Source of the DNA: a virus
Lineage: Duplodnaviria; Caudoviricetes
IMG/VR virus record: IMGVR_UViG_3300027849_000851
Coordinates: 1-28,073 of that record
Reading direction: 5' to 3' (one strand)
Length of the DNA: 28,073 nucleotides
A model generated the notes under the pieces. That model ran no database searches and was not told the DNA's origin. It was given only the letters and a program-made list of their open reading frames with translations. Shown here in pieces: positions 7,481 to 15,199 of the stretch. The stretch's first letter is position 1; each line of letters begins with the position of its first letter. Position numbers and translations under genes: made by a program.

Positions 7481-8454
7481 AGCACTTACAAGATACTCCA
7501 TGGTGGATTTGCGATAAAGATGATTTAAATCTTTGTGCCTATGTTGATACAGATTCTAACTATTTTAATGCCGAACCCCTATTACTTCATATGTACCCTA
7601 ATTTTGAAGAATTTGAAGACAAGGAAAAGGATAATATACTAGAGAAAGTAGCATTAAAGTACCAAGACATAATAAATGTAGATTATGATAGATTAGCACG
7701 TGAAGCATTTAATGTTAAGACTCATAGATTAGAAATGAAAACGGAATGTGTTATTCGCTCAGCTTATTTTAGAGCAACAAGACGTTACGCACAATGGATT
7801 ACTAAAGAAGAAGGTATAGAAAAAGAAATACTAGACATTAAAGGTTTAGAGTTTATGAAAGCGAATTTTCCACCCATTTTAGGAGAATTTTTTAATGATA
7901 TACTACAACAAGTTTTAAAGGGGGAACAGAAAGAAAGTGTTCTAGAGCAAGTTAAAGTATTTAAACAAAAAATATTAGATGGAACAATTCCTTTATCTAA
8001 GTTAGGCAATCCAACAGCAGTTAAAAAATTAGATAAATATCAAGGTAGAAGTACTAGAGCAGGAGAAATATTTACCGAAATCTTAAAACCATTAAGTCAA
8101 AAGAAGGAAGGTAAAGCACAAAGGCAATTAGGAGCACCGGCCGCAGTTAAAGCCGCAATTAGATATAATGATTTATTAAGATTATGGCAGTTAGATAAAA
8201 AATATAACTTAATGACTAATGCTGATAAAATCAAGTGGATTCATTTAAAAGAAAACCCATATAAAATAGAAGCATTAGCGTTCTTTGACCACGAAATACC
8301 AGCTAAAGTACAAGAATTTTTAAATCAATATGCTGATAGAAAAAAAGTATTTGAGTCAATTTTACTAAATAAATTAGAAGGGTTTTTTAGTGATTTAGAA
8401 TGGTCTTTAGATTTAAACCCTTACATAAATTCATTAAATTCCTTTGAAATTTAA
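7477..8454 (+). CDS. polB: family B DNA polymerase, C-terminal subunit (motif C, thumb)
   Basis: Motif C YVDTDS at 7540-7557, RRYA (for KKRYA), IKGLE, PAAVKAAIRYN and DKIKWIHLK thumb motifs. Confidence 0.93.
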   Translation: MKHLQDTPWWICDKDDLNLCAYVDTDSNYFNAEPLLLHMYPNFEEFEDKEKDNILEKVALKYQDIINVDYDRLAREAFNVKTHRLEMKTECVIRSAYFRATRRYAQWITKEEGIEKEILDIKGLEFMKANFPPILGEFFNDILQQVLKGEQKESVLEQVKVFKQKILDGTIPLSKLGNPTAVKKLDKYQGRSTRAGEIFTEILKPLSQKKEGKAQRQLGAPAAVKAAIRYNDLLRLWQLDKKYNLMTNADKIKWIHLKENPYKIEALAFFDHEIPAKVQEFLNQYADRKKVFESILLNKLEGFFSDLEWSLDLNPYINSLNSFEI

Positions 8455-8471
8455 AATAAAAGTTGTATATT
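8443..8471 (+). promoter_or_regulatory. possible promoter variant (TTTG...TTGTATATT) before the clamp gene
   Basis: One mismatch to TCGTATATT and spacing 1 nt shorter. Very close to the ATG at 8479. Confidence 0.4.
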
Positions 8472-8478
8472 ATATATT

Positions 8479-9213
8479 ATGATAAATAAAAATTCATTAG
8501 AGTCCGTAATTCAAAAATACTATTTAAATGGTTTAAATAATCAAGTTAAATGGAGAATTAAAGATAACACTTTAACTGTGTATGCCGGTGCTAAAGGTAG
8601 AGCCTGCAAAGTATTTTTAGATGATTTTAACTTTCAAGATTGTGAATTAGGGATATTTGATACCCACAAACTAAGTAAGTTATTATCTATTACTGCAGGT
8701 GAGTTATTAATTACAACTGAAAAAAATAATCAGTTACATAGAAAATTATATATAGCGGATAATAACTATTCACTGGATTATTCATTAGCCGATCCTTTAA
8801 TAATGGGTAAAGTAACTTGGTATGAAGATCCTGAAGATTATGAGGTTCAATTAGATGTATCTTTAGATGATATTGGTTATTTAATTAAAGCTAAAAATGC
8901 ATTAAGTGATGTTGATCAAATGCTAATACAAACAACAGATGATTTAGATGGAAGCCCTATTGTTGAGTTTTTATTTGGGGATAAAGAAGGTTTTTCAAAT
9001 AAAATTACTTACCAAATACAAGGTGAAATAAAAGATAATAATATTCAAATGCCTTTTGATTCTAATATATTTAAAGACATATTAAGTAGTAATAAAGATA
9101 TGGATAGTTGTAATATTAAACTATCAAAACAGGGCATGATGAAAATAGAATTTAATGGAGAATTAAATAACAAAAAATCAAGCAGTATTTATTATATAGC
9201 CAGAAACGAATAA
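8479..9213 (+). CDS. DNA polymerase sliding clamp (T4 gp45/PCNA-like)
   Basis: 244 aa directly after PolB. ELGIFDTHKLSKLL, YSLADP, LSKQGMMKIEF and C-terminal IYYIA resemble gp45-type clamps. Clamp loaders lie downstream. Confidence 0.8.
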   Translation: MINKNSLESVIQKYYLNGLNNQVKWRIKDNTLTVYAGAKGRACKVFLDDFNFQDCELGIFDTHKLSKLLSITAGELLITTEKNNQLHRKLYIADNNYSLDYSLADPLIMGKVTWYEDPEDYEVQLDVSLDDIGYLIKAKNALSDVDQMLIQTTDDLDGSPIVEFLFGDKEGFSNKITYQIQGEIKDNNIQMPFDSNIFKDILSSNKDMDSCNIKLSKQGMMKIEFNGELNNKKSSSIYYIARNE

Positions 9214-9222
9214 AACAAAATT

Positions 9223-9897
9223 ATGAGTGAAATTAAAAAGATTGATAGCAACCCAGATAGTCCTTACGGACAAATACATTCAAATGAATTTAAAGTAAAT
9301 TCACAACCTAATACAAGATTATGGATTGTAGATAACTTCTATGAAGATCCTGATGCTGTTAGAGAATTTGCTCTAAAACAATATTATTTTGATGATCCCG
9401 GCTATTTAGGTATGCGTACTAGAAAACAACATTTCTTTGATGGAGTAAAGGAAGAGTTTGAAAGGATAATGGGTTTAAAAATCACAGGTAAAGAAATGTG
9501 GGAAGATTATGGTATGAATGGTAGATTCCAATCAGCTATCGCTGGTACTTCTTTAGTGTATCATTGTGACAAACAATTATGGGCTGGTATGGTTTATCTA
9601 ACCCCAAACGCACCTGTAGCAGCAGGAACAAGGTTAATGCAACATAAAGAAACAAAAGTTAGACACAGCCATGATCAAATAGTACAAAAAGATGGTAGTG
9701 TATTTACTATTGATAGTGCTTTTAACCAACATACATTTGTAGATCCACATCCATATGAAAATTGTGATGTAGCAGGTAATGTTTATAACCGATTAGTTAT
9801 ATTTGATGCACATTCAATTCATGCCGCTCAAGACTATTTTGGGCACGATATAGAATCAGGAAGACTATGGCAAATGTTCTTCTTTGATGCAGAATAA
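9223..9897 (+). CDS. DUF6445-like putative 2OG-Fe(II) oxygenase
   Basis: IVDNFYEDPDAVREFAL, PG..G.R, HCD, WAGMVYL, GT, NVYNRLVIFD..HAA and RLWQMFFF motifs. Confidence 0.8.
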   Translation: MSEIKKIDSNPDSPYGQIHSNEFKVNSQPNTRLWIVDNFYEDPDAVREFALKQYYFDDPGYLGMRTRKQHFFDGVKEEFERIMGLKITGKEMWEDYGMNGRFQSAIAGTSLVYHCDKQLWAGMVYLTPNAPVAAGTRLMQHKETKVRHSHDQIVQKDGSVFTIDSAFNQHTFVDPHPYENCDVAGNVYNRLVIFDAHSIHAAQDYFGHDIESGRLWQMFFFDAE

Positions 9898-9898
9898 C

Positions 9899-9927
9899 TT
9901 GGAGGGGCGACTTTCCGTTCGTATATT
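9899..9927 (+). promoter_or_regulatory. putative promoter TTGG-N16-TCGTATATT upstream of hsp20
   Basis: Exact match to the recurring motif. Intergenic. Confidence 0.75.
9901..9916 (+). terminator. GNRA-capped hairpin GGAGGG-GCGA-CTTTCC (possible terminator)
   Basis: 6-bp stem with 2 G-U pairs just after the stop at 9897. U-tract is weak. Confidence 0.4.
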
Positions 9928-10019
9928 ATATGTATAATAAAGTAACATGCAGCTAGGGCGCGTAGTTATGTTTTAAAATAAATTAACCGAGAGCTTCGGC
10001 CTCACAAAAACTAAATGAT

Positions 10020-10445
10020 ATGAGTACATTACAATTACTAGAAAGGCCACCAAGTCCTTTTGACATCCTATTCAGGAACCACTTCAATGCTGAAGATCAA
10101 TTTGCACCAGCATTAAATTCAAAACAACCACATCCATTAAATATTTTCTATGATGATAGCGGACTTCATTTTGAAGTTGCCTGTACTGGGCTAACTAAAA
10201 AAGATGTTATCCTCGATATTGAAGGAGATATTTTAAAAATTACTTACAATAAAGCAGAAGACAAGGGAGATGACTTCGAAGGGTATATTTATCACGGCTT
10301 GTCTAAAAAATCTTTTGATTTAAGATATAAGATAGCCCCTAAATTTGATTTATCAATAACTGAAGCAGAAATGATTGATGGTTTATTGGCAATCTTTATC
10401 CCATTAGCAGAGGATGCTAAACCAAAATCTATCAAAATTAAATAA
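10020..10445 (+). CDS. small heat shock protein, Hsp20/alpha-crystallin family
   Basis: HPLNI, FEVACTG, YIYHGLSKKSF, AEMIDGLL.I and C-terminal KPKSIKIK (IxI) motif. Confidence 0.92.
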   Translation: MSTLQLLERPPSPFDILFRNHFNAEDQFAPALNSKQPHPLNIFYDDSGLHFEVACTGLTKKDVILDIEGDILKITYNKAEDKGDDFEGYIYHGLSKKSFDLRYKIAPKFDLSITEAEMIDGLLAIFIPLAEDAKPKSIKIK

Positions 10446-10462
10446 AGGTAATCCAAGAAAAG

Positions 10463-10492
10463 CGTGTCCTAGCGATGTTTCTTTCGTATATT
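10463..10492 (+). promoter_or_regulatory. putative promoter CGTG-N17-TCGTATATT upstream of the groES/groEL block
   Basis: TCGTATATT at 10484-10492 with a GTG variant of the upstream box at the same spacing. Confidence 0.65.
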
Positions 10493-10519
10493 GACGTAAC
10501 ATAAAATAATAAAAGTTAT

Positions 10520-10837
10520 ATGGCTAGAAAAGCAAAAAGTCTAACGAAGATCGAAGATCCTCGTTTAGAACCCTATTTCATCACAAGGGATGATAATTGT
10601 TACACCGTTAATGAACGGGTTATTCCCAATAAGGATCATTTTAGATCTAAAGGGAATATTAAAGAATATGCGAAACCCCAAAGTTATTATGCTGATCTAG
10701 GTAGAGCTTTGGAGTATATAGCAAATAATTCTCTACATAATAGAGAAACAAATAACTTAGATCAAATTATTGAGCAATTTAAATTAATAGAAACAAACAT
10801 TAAAAGTTACACAAATGAAATTAGAAGCATTATTTAA
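10520..10837 (+). CDS. hypothetical protein
   Basis: 105 aa ORF with A-rich leader, overlapping the groES start. Confidence 0.75.
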   Translation: MARKAKSLTKIEDPRLEPYFITRDDNCYTVNERVIPNKDHFRSKGNIKEYAKPQSYYADLGRALEYIANNSLHNRETNNLDQIIEQFKLIETNIKSYTNEIRSII

Positions 10838-11189
10838 CGCGGTTATCGTTAAACCGATTGAAAACGAAGAAGTCAAATATGGGGGAATTATTGTTCCGGA
10901 TATGGGTAAAGACTTAAACGAAAAAGGAGAAGTAATAGCAGTTGGCCCTGGTCAACCAACACAATTCGGAAGTTTTTTACCAACAATATCAAAAGTAGGG
11001 GATATTGTAGTTTTACCAACTCAAGGCTTTACAAAGTTAGTATATGATGGAACTGAGTACTTAATTGGACCAGAAAATCAAATATTAGCTAGAGTAAAAA
11101 GAGATTCGGCTGATGTAGTATCCGAAGTATTAGAAGACACAAAAGAGAATTTAACCACAGATGACATTAACGATTTAAACGATATTTAA
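10815..11189 (+). CDS. groES: co-chaperonin GroES with acidic C-terminal extension
   Basis: LEALFNAVIVKP, mobile loop GGIIVPD, GEVIAVGPG, VGDIVV, ILARV. Confidence 0.93.
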   Translation: MKLEALFNAVIVKPIENEEVKYGGIIVPDMGKDLNEKGEVIAVGPGQPTQFGSFLPTISKVGDIVVLPTQGFTKLVYDGTEYLIGPENQILARVKRDSADVVSEVLEDTKENLTTDDINDLNDI

Positions 11190-11190
11190 T

Positions 11191-12831
11191 ATGAAAAAAG
11201 TAGAATTTGGCTCATCCGCAAGAGCAAACTTAGTAAAAGGTATAGATATTTTAGCAGATGCTGTAGTATCCACTTTAGGACCTAATGGTCGTAATGTAGT
11301 AATTGGTAGAGGTATTCTTGATGCTCCCCAAAGTACAAAAGATGGTGTAACTGTTGCTAAAAACATTGTATTAAAGGACCCGTCACAAGAATTAGGGGTA
11401 CAATTAGTAAAATGGGCTGCTATTAAAACAGCAGATAAAGCAGGTGATGGTACAACAACATCAACTTTATTAGCTAGAGCTATGGTAAAAGATGGGTTAA
11501 AAAGCCTTGACCAAGGAGAAAATGCCGTACAAATAAAAAGAGATATTGATACAGCTATAAAAGAAGTTTTATTAACTTTAACTGGAACTATTTCCGAAGA
11601 TATCTCAAACGAAGAACAACTAGAACAAATCGCAACAGTATCAGCTAACAATGATGTTGAAGTAGGTAAGTTAATTTCAACTGCAATTGATAAAGTTGGA
11701 TTAAAAGGTGTAGTACATATTGAATCATCTAAAACAGGAGATACTTATATTGAAACTGTTGAGGGAATGCAATTTGATAGAGGTTATAAATCACCTTATT
11801 TTGTTACTGATAATAATACAATGACATCAGTATTAGAAAATCCAGCTATATTAATGATAGATGGAAAATTAAATTCAGTAAAAGAATTATTACCAATTTT
11901 AGAAGCAGTAGGTAGTCAAGGGAGATCTTTATTAATTATAGCAGACGATGTTGATAATGAAGCATTAGCTACTTTAATCGTAAATAAAATGAGAGGTACT
12001 TTAGCAGTATGTGCTGTTAAATCACCAGAATTTGGAGATAAAAGAAAATTAGTATTAGAAGACATTGCTATTACAACAGGAGGTCAAGTTTTTAGTAAAG
12101 AAAAAGGAATGAAACTTGATAAATTTAGTTGGGAATGGTTTGGAGAAGCAAGAGTAGTAACTGTTGAAAAAGAACAAACTACAATTGTTGATGGTAAAGG
12201 AGAAGTTGAAGCTATTGAAAAGAGAATTGATGAATTACAAGCTCAAATAGATAAAGAATCAACACCTTATGGAGTAGAACAATTACAAAATAGACTTTCT
12301 AAATTTACCGGTGGTGTAGCTATAATTCACGTTGGTGGATTTACAGAAACTGAGATGCAAGAGAAAAAAGATAGAATTGATGATTCTTTACACGCAACTA
12401 AAGCTGCGATTGAAGAAGGAATTGTACCTGGAGGAGGAGCTGCTTTATTATATGCTAGAGAAAGTATAAATAATTGTAACATTGGATCTAAGATTGTTTA
12501 TAACGCTTGTGGTAAACCATTTGAACAGATTTTAATTAATGCAGGTTATTCTCAAACTGACGCTCAGTTATTAGGGAAATATCAATTGGTTGAAAATGGA
12601 GACAACAATTGGAATGGAGTTGATGTTAATTCAGGTAAAGTAATTGACTTTAAAAAAGCAGGTATTATCGATCCAACTAAAGTAACTAGATCGGCATTAC
12701 AAAACGCTGCATCAGTAGCGGGTTCAATTCTATTAACAGAATGTACTATAACAGATGATAAAGATTCAGATGAATTCAAAGAATCAGGACACAATGCAGG
12801 TAATGTACCTGCAGTAAACCAAGGATTTTAA
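11191..12831 (+). CDS. groEL: chaperonin GroEL
   Basis: TLGPNGRNV, TKDGVTVAK, AGDGTTT, EGMQFDRGY, GIVPGGG and GIIDPTKV. 546 aa, no GGM tail. Confidence 0.97.
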   Translation: MKKVEFGSSARANLVKGIDILADAVVSTLGPNGRNVVIGRGILDAPQSTKDGVTVAKNIVLKDPSQELGVQLVKWAAIKTADKAGDGTTTSTLLARAMVKDGLKSLDQGENAVQIKRDIDTAIKEVLLTLTGTISEDISNEEQLEQIATVSANNDVEVGKLISTAIDKVGLKGVVHIESSKTGDTYIETVEGMQFDRGYKSPYFVTDNNTMTSVLENPAILMIDGKLNSVKELLPILEAVGSQGRSLLIIADDVDNEALATLIVNKMRGTLAVCAVKSPEFGDKRKLVLEDIAITTGGQVFSKEKGMKLDKFSWEWFGEARVVTVEKEQTTIVDGKGEVEAIEKRIDELQAQIDKESTPYGVEQLQNRLSKFTGGVAIIHVGGFTETEMQEKKDRIDDSLHATKAAIEEGIVPGGGAALLYARESINNCNIGSKIVYNACGKPFEQILINAGYSQTDAQLLGKYQLVENGDNNWNGVDVNSGKVIDFKKAGIIDPTKVTRSALQNAASVAGSILLTECTITDDKDSDEFKESGHNAGNVPAVNQGF

Positions 12832-12858
12832 TAATTAATAATAAAAAAAACAAAAAAA

Positions 12859-13026
12859 ATGAGTAAACAAGAAATTTTTGAGATTATTGAAGAGAACTTC
12901 AATATTTTAGCAGAAGAGCATGTAGGAACCACAAAAGCAAGTCAGGGACGAGCTAGAAAGGCAGCACAAGCAATTAAGAGAGTAATTACAGATTACAAGA
13001 AAGCATCTGTAGCAGAATCTAAATAA
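12859..13026 (+). CDS. histone H1-like (Hc1 family) small DNA-binding protein, 55 aa
   Basis: MSKQEIFEIIEENFNILAEEHVGTTKASQGRARKAAQAIKRVITDYKKASVAESK. The KA...RARK...K......K.SV pattern is that of Bacteroidota Hc1-like proteins. Missing from the ORF track. Confidence 0.8.
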   Translation: MSKQEIFEIIEENFNILAEEHVGTTKASQGRARKAAQAIKRVITDYKKASVAESK

Positions 13027-13032
13027 AGTAAT

Positions 13033-13064
13033 TGGGGGAATTTTTGGTTCCCCCATTTATTTTT
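13033..13064 (+). terminator. Rho-independent terminator
   Basis: Perfect 8-bp stem TGGGGGAA/TTCCCCCA with 7-nt loop, followed by TTTATTTTT, just after the Hc1-like stop. Confidence 0.85.
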
Positions 13065-13072
13065 CGTATATT
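13044..13072 (+). promoter_or_regulatory. putative promoter TTGG-N16-TCGTATATT overlapping the terminator
   Basis: Exact match to the recurring motif, 6 nt before ATG 13079. Confidence 0.7.
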
Positions 13073-13078
13073 ACCGCT

Positions 13079-13345
13079 ATGACAACAACAAAAATAACAG
13101 AAGATAACATCTTAATTGCACGTAGAGTACCACCAGGAGATAAATGGAGATTAATTGCTAATGAACCTGATGGTCCAACTCACCCTACATTAACAAATGC
13201 TTTAGAAGCATATATGGTAAAAACGGGTTTTAAAGGAGAGTATAGACTTGCTCCCCTTAAAAGTGAATTATACGCTATATCTACAAAAGAAGAAAAAGTT
13301 AAACCTAAAGAAGAACAGAAATTTTCATTGTATGGAGAGTACTAG
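13079..13345 (+). CDS. hypothetical protein
   Basis: 88 aa ORF directly after a promoter motif, overlapping the clamp-loader start. Confidence 0.75.
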   Translation: MTTTKITEDNILIARRVPPGDKWRLIANEPDGPTHPTLTNALEAYMVKTGFKGEYRLAPLKSELYAISTKEEKVKPKEEQKFSLYGEY

Positions 13346-14249
13346 AAAAAATAGTTTACTTAATGAAAAACACAGACCTACTAGTTTAGATACTTATGTA
13401 GGTAATGAACAATTGAAAGCATCTATTGCTAAGCAATTAGCCCAAAATGATATTCAAAATTATTTATTTTATGGTCCTGCAGGCACAGGAAAAACAACAC
13501 TATCTAAAATAATAATAAATAATTTAGATTGTGACCACATTTATATTAACGCATCAGATGAGCGTGGTATAGAAACTATTAGAGATAAAGTTACTAGTTT
13601 TGCAATGGTAGCATCATTTAAACCACTTAAAGTTGTGATTTTAGATGAAGCTGATTTTCTAACTATCAATGCACAAGCATCACTTAGAAACATTATAGAA
13701 ACATTTTCAGTAACAACACGTTTTATTTTAACTTGTAATTTTGTAGAACGTATTATTGACCCATTACAATCAAGGTGCCAAACAATTAAAGTTGTTCCAC
13801 CTACTAAAAAAGAGGTAGCAGTACATTTAGCTAGTATTTGTGATAAGGAAAGCATAAGTTATGAACCTACATCAATCAGTAAAATAGTAAATAAGTTCTA
13901 TCCGGACTTACGTAAAATGCTTAACACCATTCAAGCAAGCACTATTAAGAACAAATTAAAACTAGATGATTCTTTGCTTGTTAGTACTAGCTATATGACC
14001 TCTATAATGGGAGAATTAAAAACACCTAAACCATCATTCACTACAATCAGACAAATTATAGCGGATGCAAATGTAGATGATTTTGATGAATTATTTAGAT
14101 TTTTATATGAAAACGCCTCAAAATACATACCAGGTAAAGAAGGTACTGTAGCTATTTTAGTAAATGACCATTTATACCAATCCAATTTTAGGATAGATAA
14201 AGAAATTAACATAATGAGTTTAATCCAGAATATAATAAATAATAAATAA
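13332..14249 (+). CDS. clamp loader AAA+ ATPase (RFC small subunit / T4 gp44-like)
   Basis: EKHRP, Walker A GPAGTGKTT, NASDERGI, Walker B LDEAD, LQSRC, DLRK. Likely start is ATG 13332. Confidence 0.93.
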   Translation: MESTRKNSLLNEKHRPTSLDTYVGNEQLKASIAKQLAQNDIQNYLFYGPAGTGKTTLSKIIINNLDCDHIYINASDERGIETIRDKVTSFAMVASFKPLKVVILDEADFLTINAQASLRNIIETFSVTTRFILTCNFVERIIDPLQSRCQTIKVVPPTKKEVAVHLASICDKESISYEPTSISKIVNKFYPDLRKMLNTIQASTIKNKLKLDDSLLVSTSYMTSIMGELKTPKPSFTTIRQIIADANVDDFDELFRFLYENASKYIPGKEGTVAILVNDHLYQSNFRIDKEINIMSLIQNIINNK

Positions 14250-14277
14250 ATTGAAATTAATAAAAAACGAGAAAAAA

Positions 14278-14562
14278 ATGAAAAATCAAGGAAATCCAGG
14301 TGGTCAAGCACCTCAAATGAATGTTGACTTAACAACTACAGAAGGCCTACTAAACTCAGAAGGTAAAAATGTATTTGAATCAGCAGTAATTTTAAGAAAA
14401 ATTAGTAAATTTATCACAGGTACTGATAGTGATGCAGTAATGCCAATACCAGTATTTATTGATCCTTATACTAAAAAAATTGTAGCTGATGGTATCCCAT
14501 TAGAACTAAGAGAAGAATTAGCTGAAGAAAGTATATTATTAACAGGTATACAAGGAGCTTAA
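14278..14562 (+). CDS. hypothetical protein between the clamp-loader genes
   Basis: ATG at 14278 after an A-rich leader. Stop overlaps the next ATG (TAATG). Confidence 0.75.
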   Translation: MKNQGNPGGQAPQMNVDLTTTEGLLNSEGKNVFESAVILRKISKFITGTDSDAVMPIPVFIDPYTKKIVADGIPLELREELAEESILLTGIQGA

Positions 14563-14975
14563 TGAAGAATGTTTGGGATTGGTTAAAGCAAATCAACTCT
14601 ACAAAAGCAGATCCAAACTCCTTTTCTAATAAAGATTGGGAGTTATGGAATAGCTACATGGTACATAGATTTTTATCAATGAATCCTGATTTTTTAGACA
14701 TAGTAAATTTTGTCCAAAAGATTAACCCACAAAATAAAAAGGAAATATACTCTGTTTATAGAGAATTTATTCCTAAAAATAATAAATGGAGCAAATATAT
14801 TAAATCTAAAGTAAAACAACGAAATAAAGATTTAGTAGAACATTTATCATCATATTGGGAATGTTCGACAAAAGAAACAAGAGAATACCTAGAATTTTTG
14901 GATACCGACGAAATAGGTCGTATATTGACGTCAATAGGGTTAGATAAAAAAGAAATTAAAACAATATCAAAATGA
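14562..14975 (+). CDS. clamp loader small subunit (T4 gp62-like)
   Basis: WNSYMVHRFLSM...YREFIPK..KWSKYIK...LSSYWECS..E..EYL resembles gp62. Close to the gp44-like gene. Confidence 0.72.
   Translation: MKNVWDWLKQINSTKADPNSFSNKDWELWNSYMVHRFLSMNPDFLDIVNFVQKINPQNKKEIYSVYREFIPKNNKWSKYIKSKVKQRNKDLVEHLSSYWECSTKETREYLEFLDTDEIGRILTSIGLDKKEIKTISK
14898..14926 (+). promoter_or_regulatory. putative internal promoter TTGG-N16-TCGTATATT
   Basis: Exact match, 46 nt upstream of ATG 14972, inside the gp62-like CDS. Confidence 0.65.
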
Positions 14976-15199
14976 ACACAAGATTAATAGAAATGTTACG
15001 TACATCTGCACTAGCAGATAAAGCAAAAGCGTTATTATCACTTGAATTATTAGGTGATAAAGCAGTAGGAATTGGAGATCATTCAACAGGAGACTTTTAT
15101 AAAAATGCTGAAGAAGCACTTATTATGTTAGTTGATGCTGATGATAGATTAGTAGCAATTGAAAAGTATTTTTCATTAGAACAACAGATCAATGGGTAG
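14972..15199 (+). CDS. hypothetical phage protein (VGIGDHS motif)
   Basis: 75 aa helical ORF, ATGA-coupled to the upstream gene. Confidence 0.75.
   Translation: MNTRLIEMLRTSALADKAKALLSLELLGDKAVGIGDHSTGDFYKNAEEALIMLVDADDRLVAIEKYFSLEQQING

Noticed and set aside
6780-7560. Split intein, self-splicing intron or ribosomal bypass joining the polymerase halves
   Set aside because: No intein N-terminal block or His-Asn/Cys-Ser-Thr junction is visible, and no recognisable group I/II core. The gap is fully occupied by two coupled ORFs. Not formally excluded without RT-PCR.
8822-9353. 13-nt direct repeat ATGAAGATCCTGA at 8822 and 9341
   Set aside because: Both encode YEDP in unrelated proteins. Consistent with chance under biased codon usage.
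9940-10520. CIRCE/HrcA operator or ROSE element before the heat-shock genes
   Set aside because: No TTAGCACTC-N9-GAGTGCTAA was seen, and no SD-pairing ROSE motif.
13248-13331. Extended start of the clamp loader
   Set aside because: It overlaps the upstream ORF and is low-complexity. RFC similarity begins just after ATG 13332.
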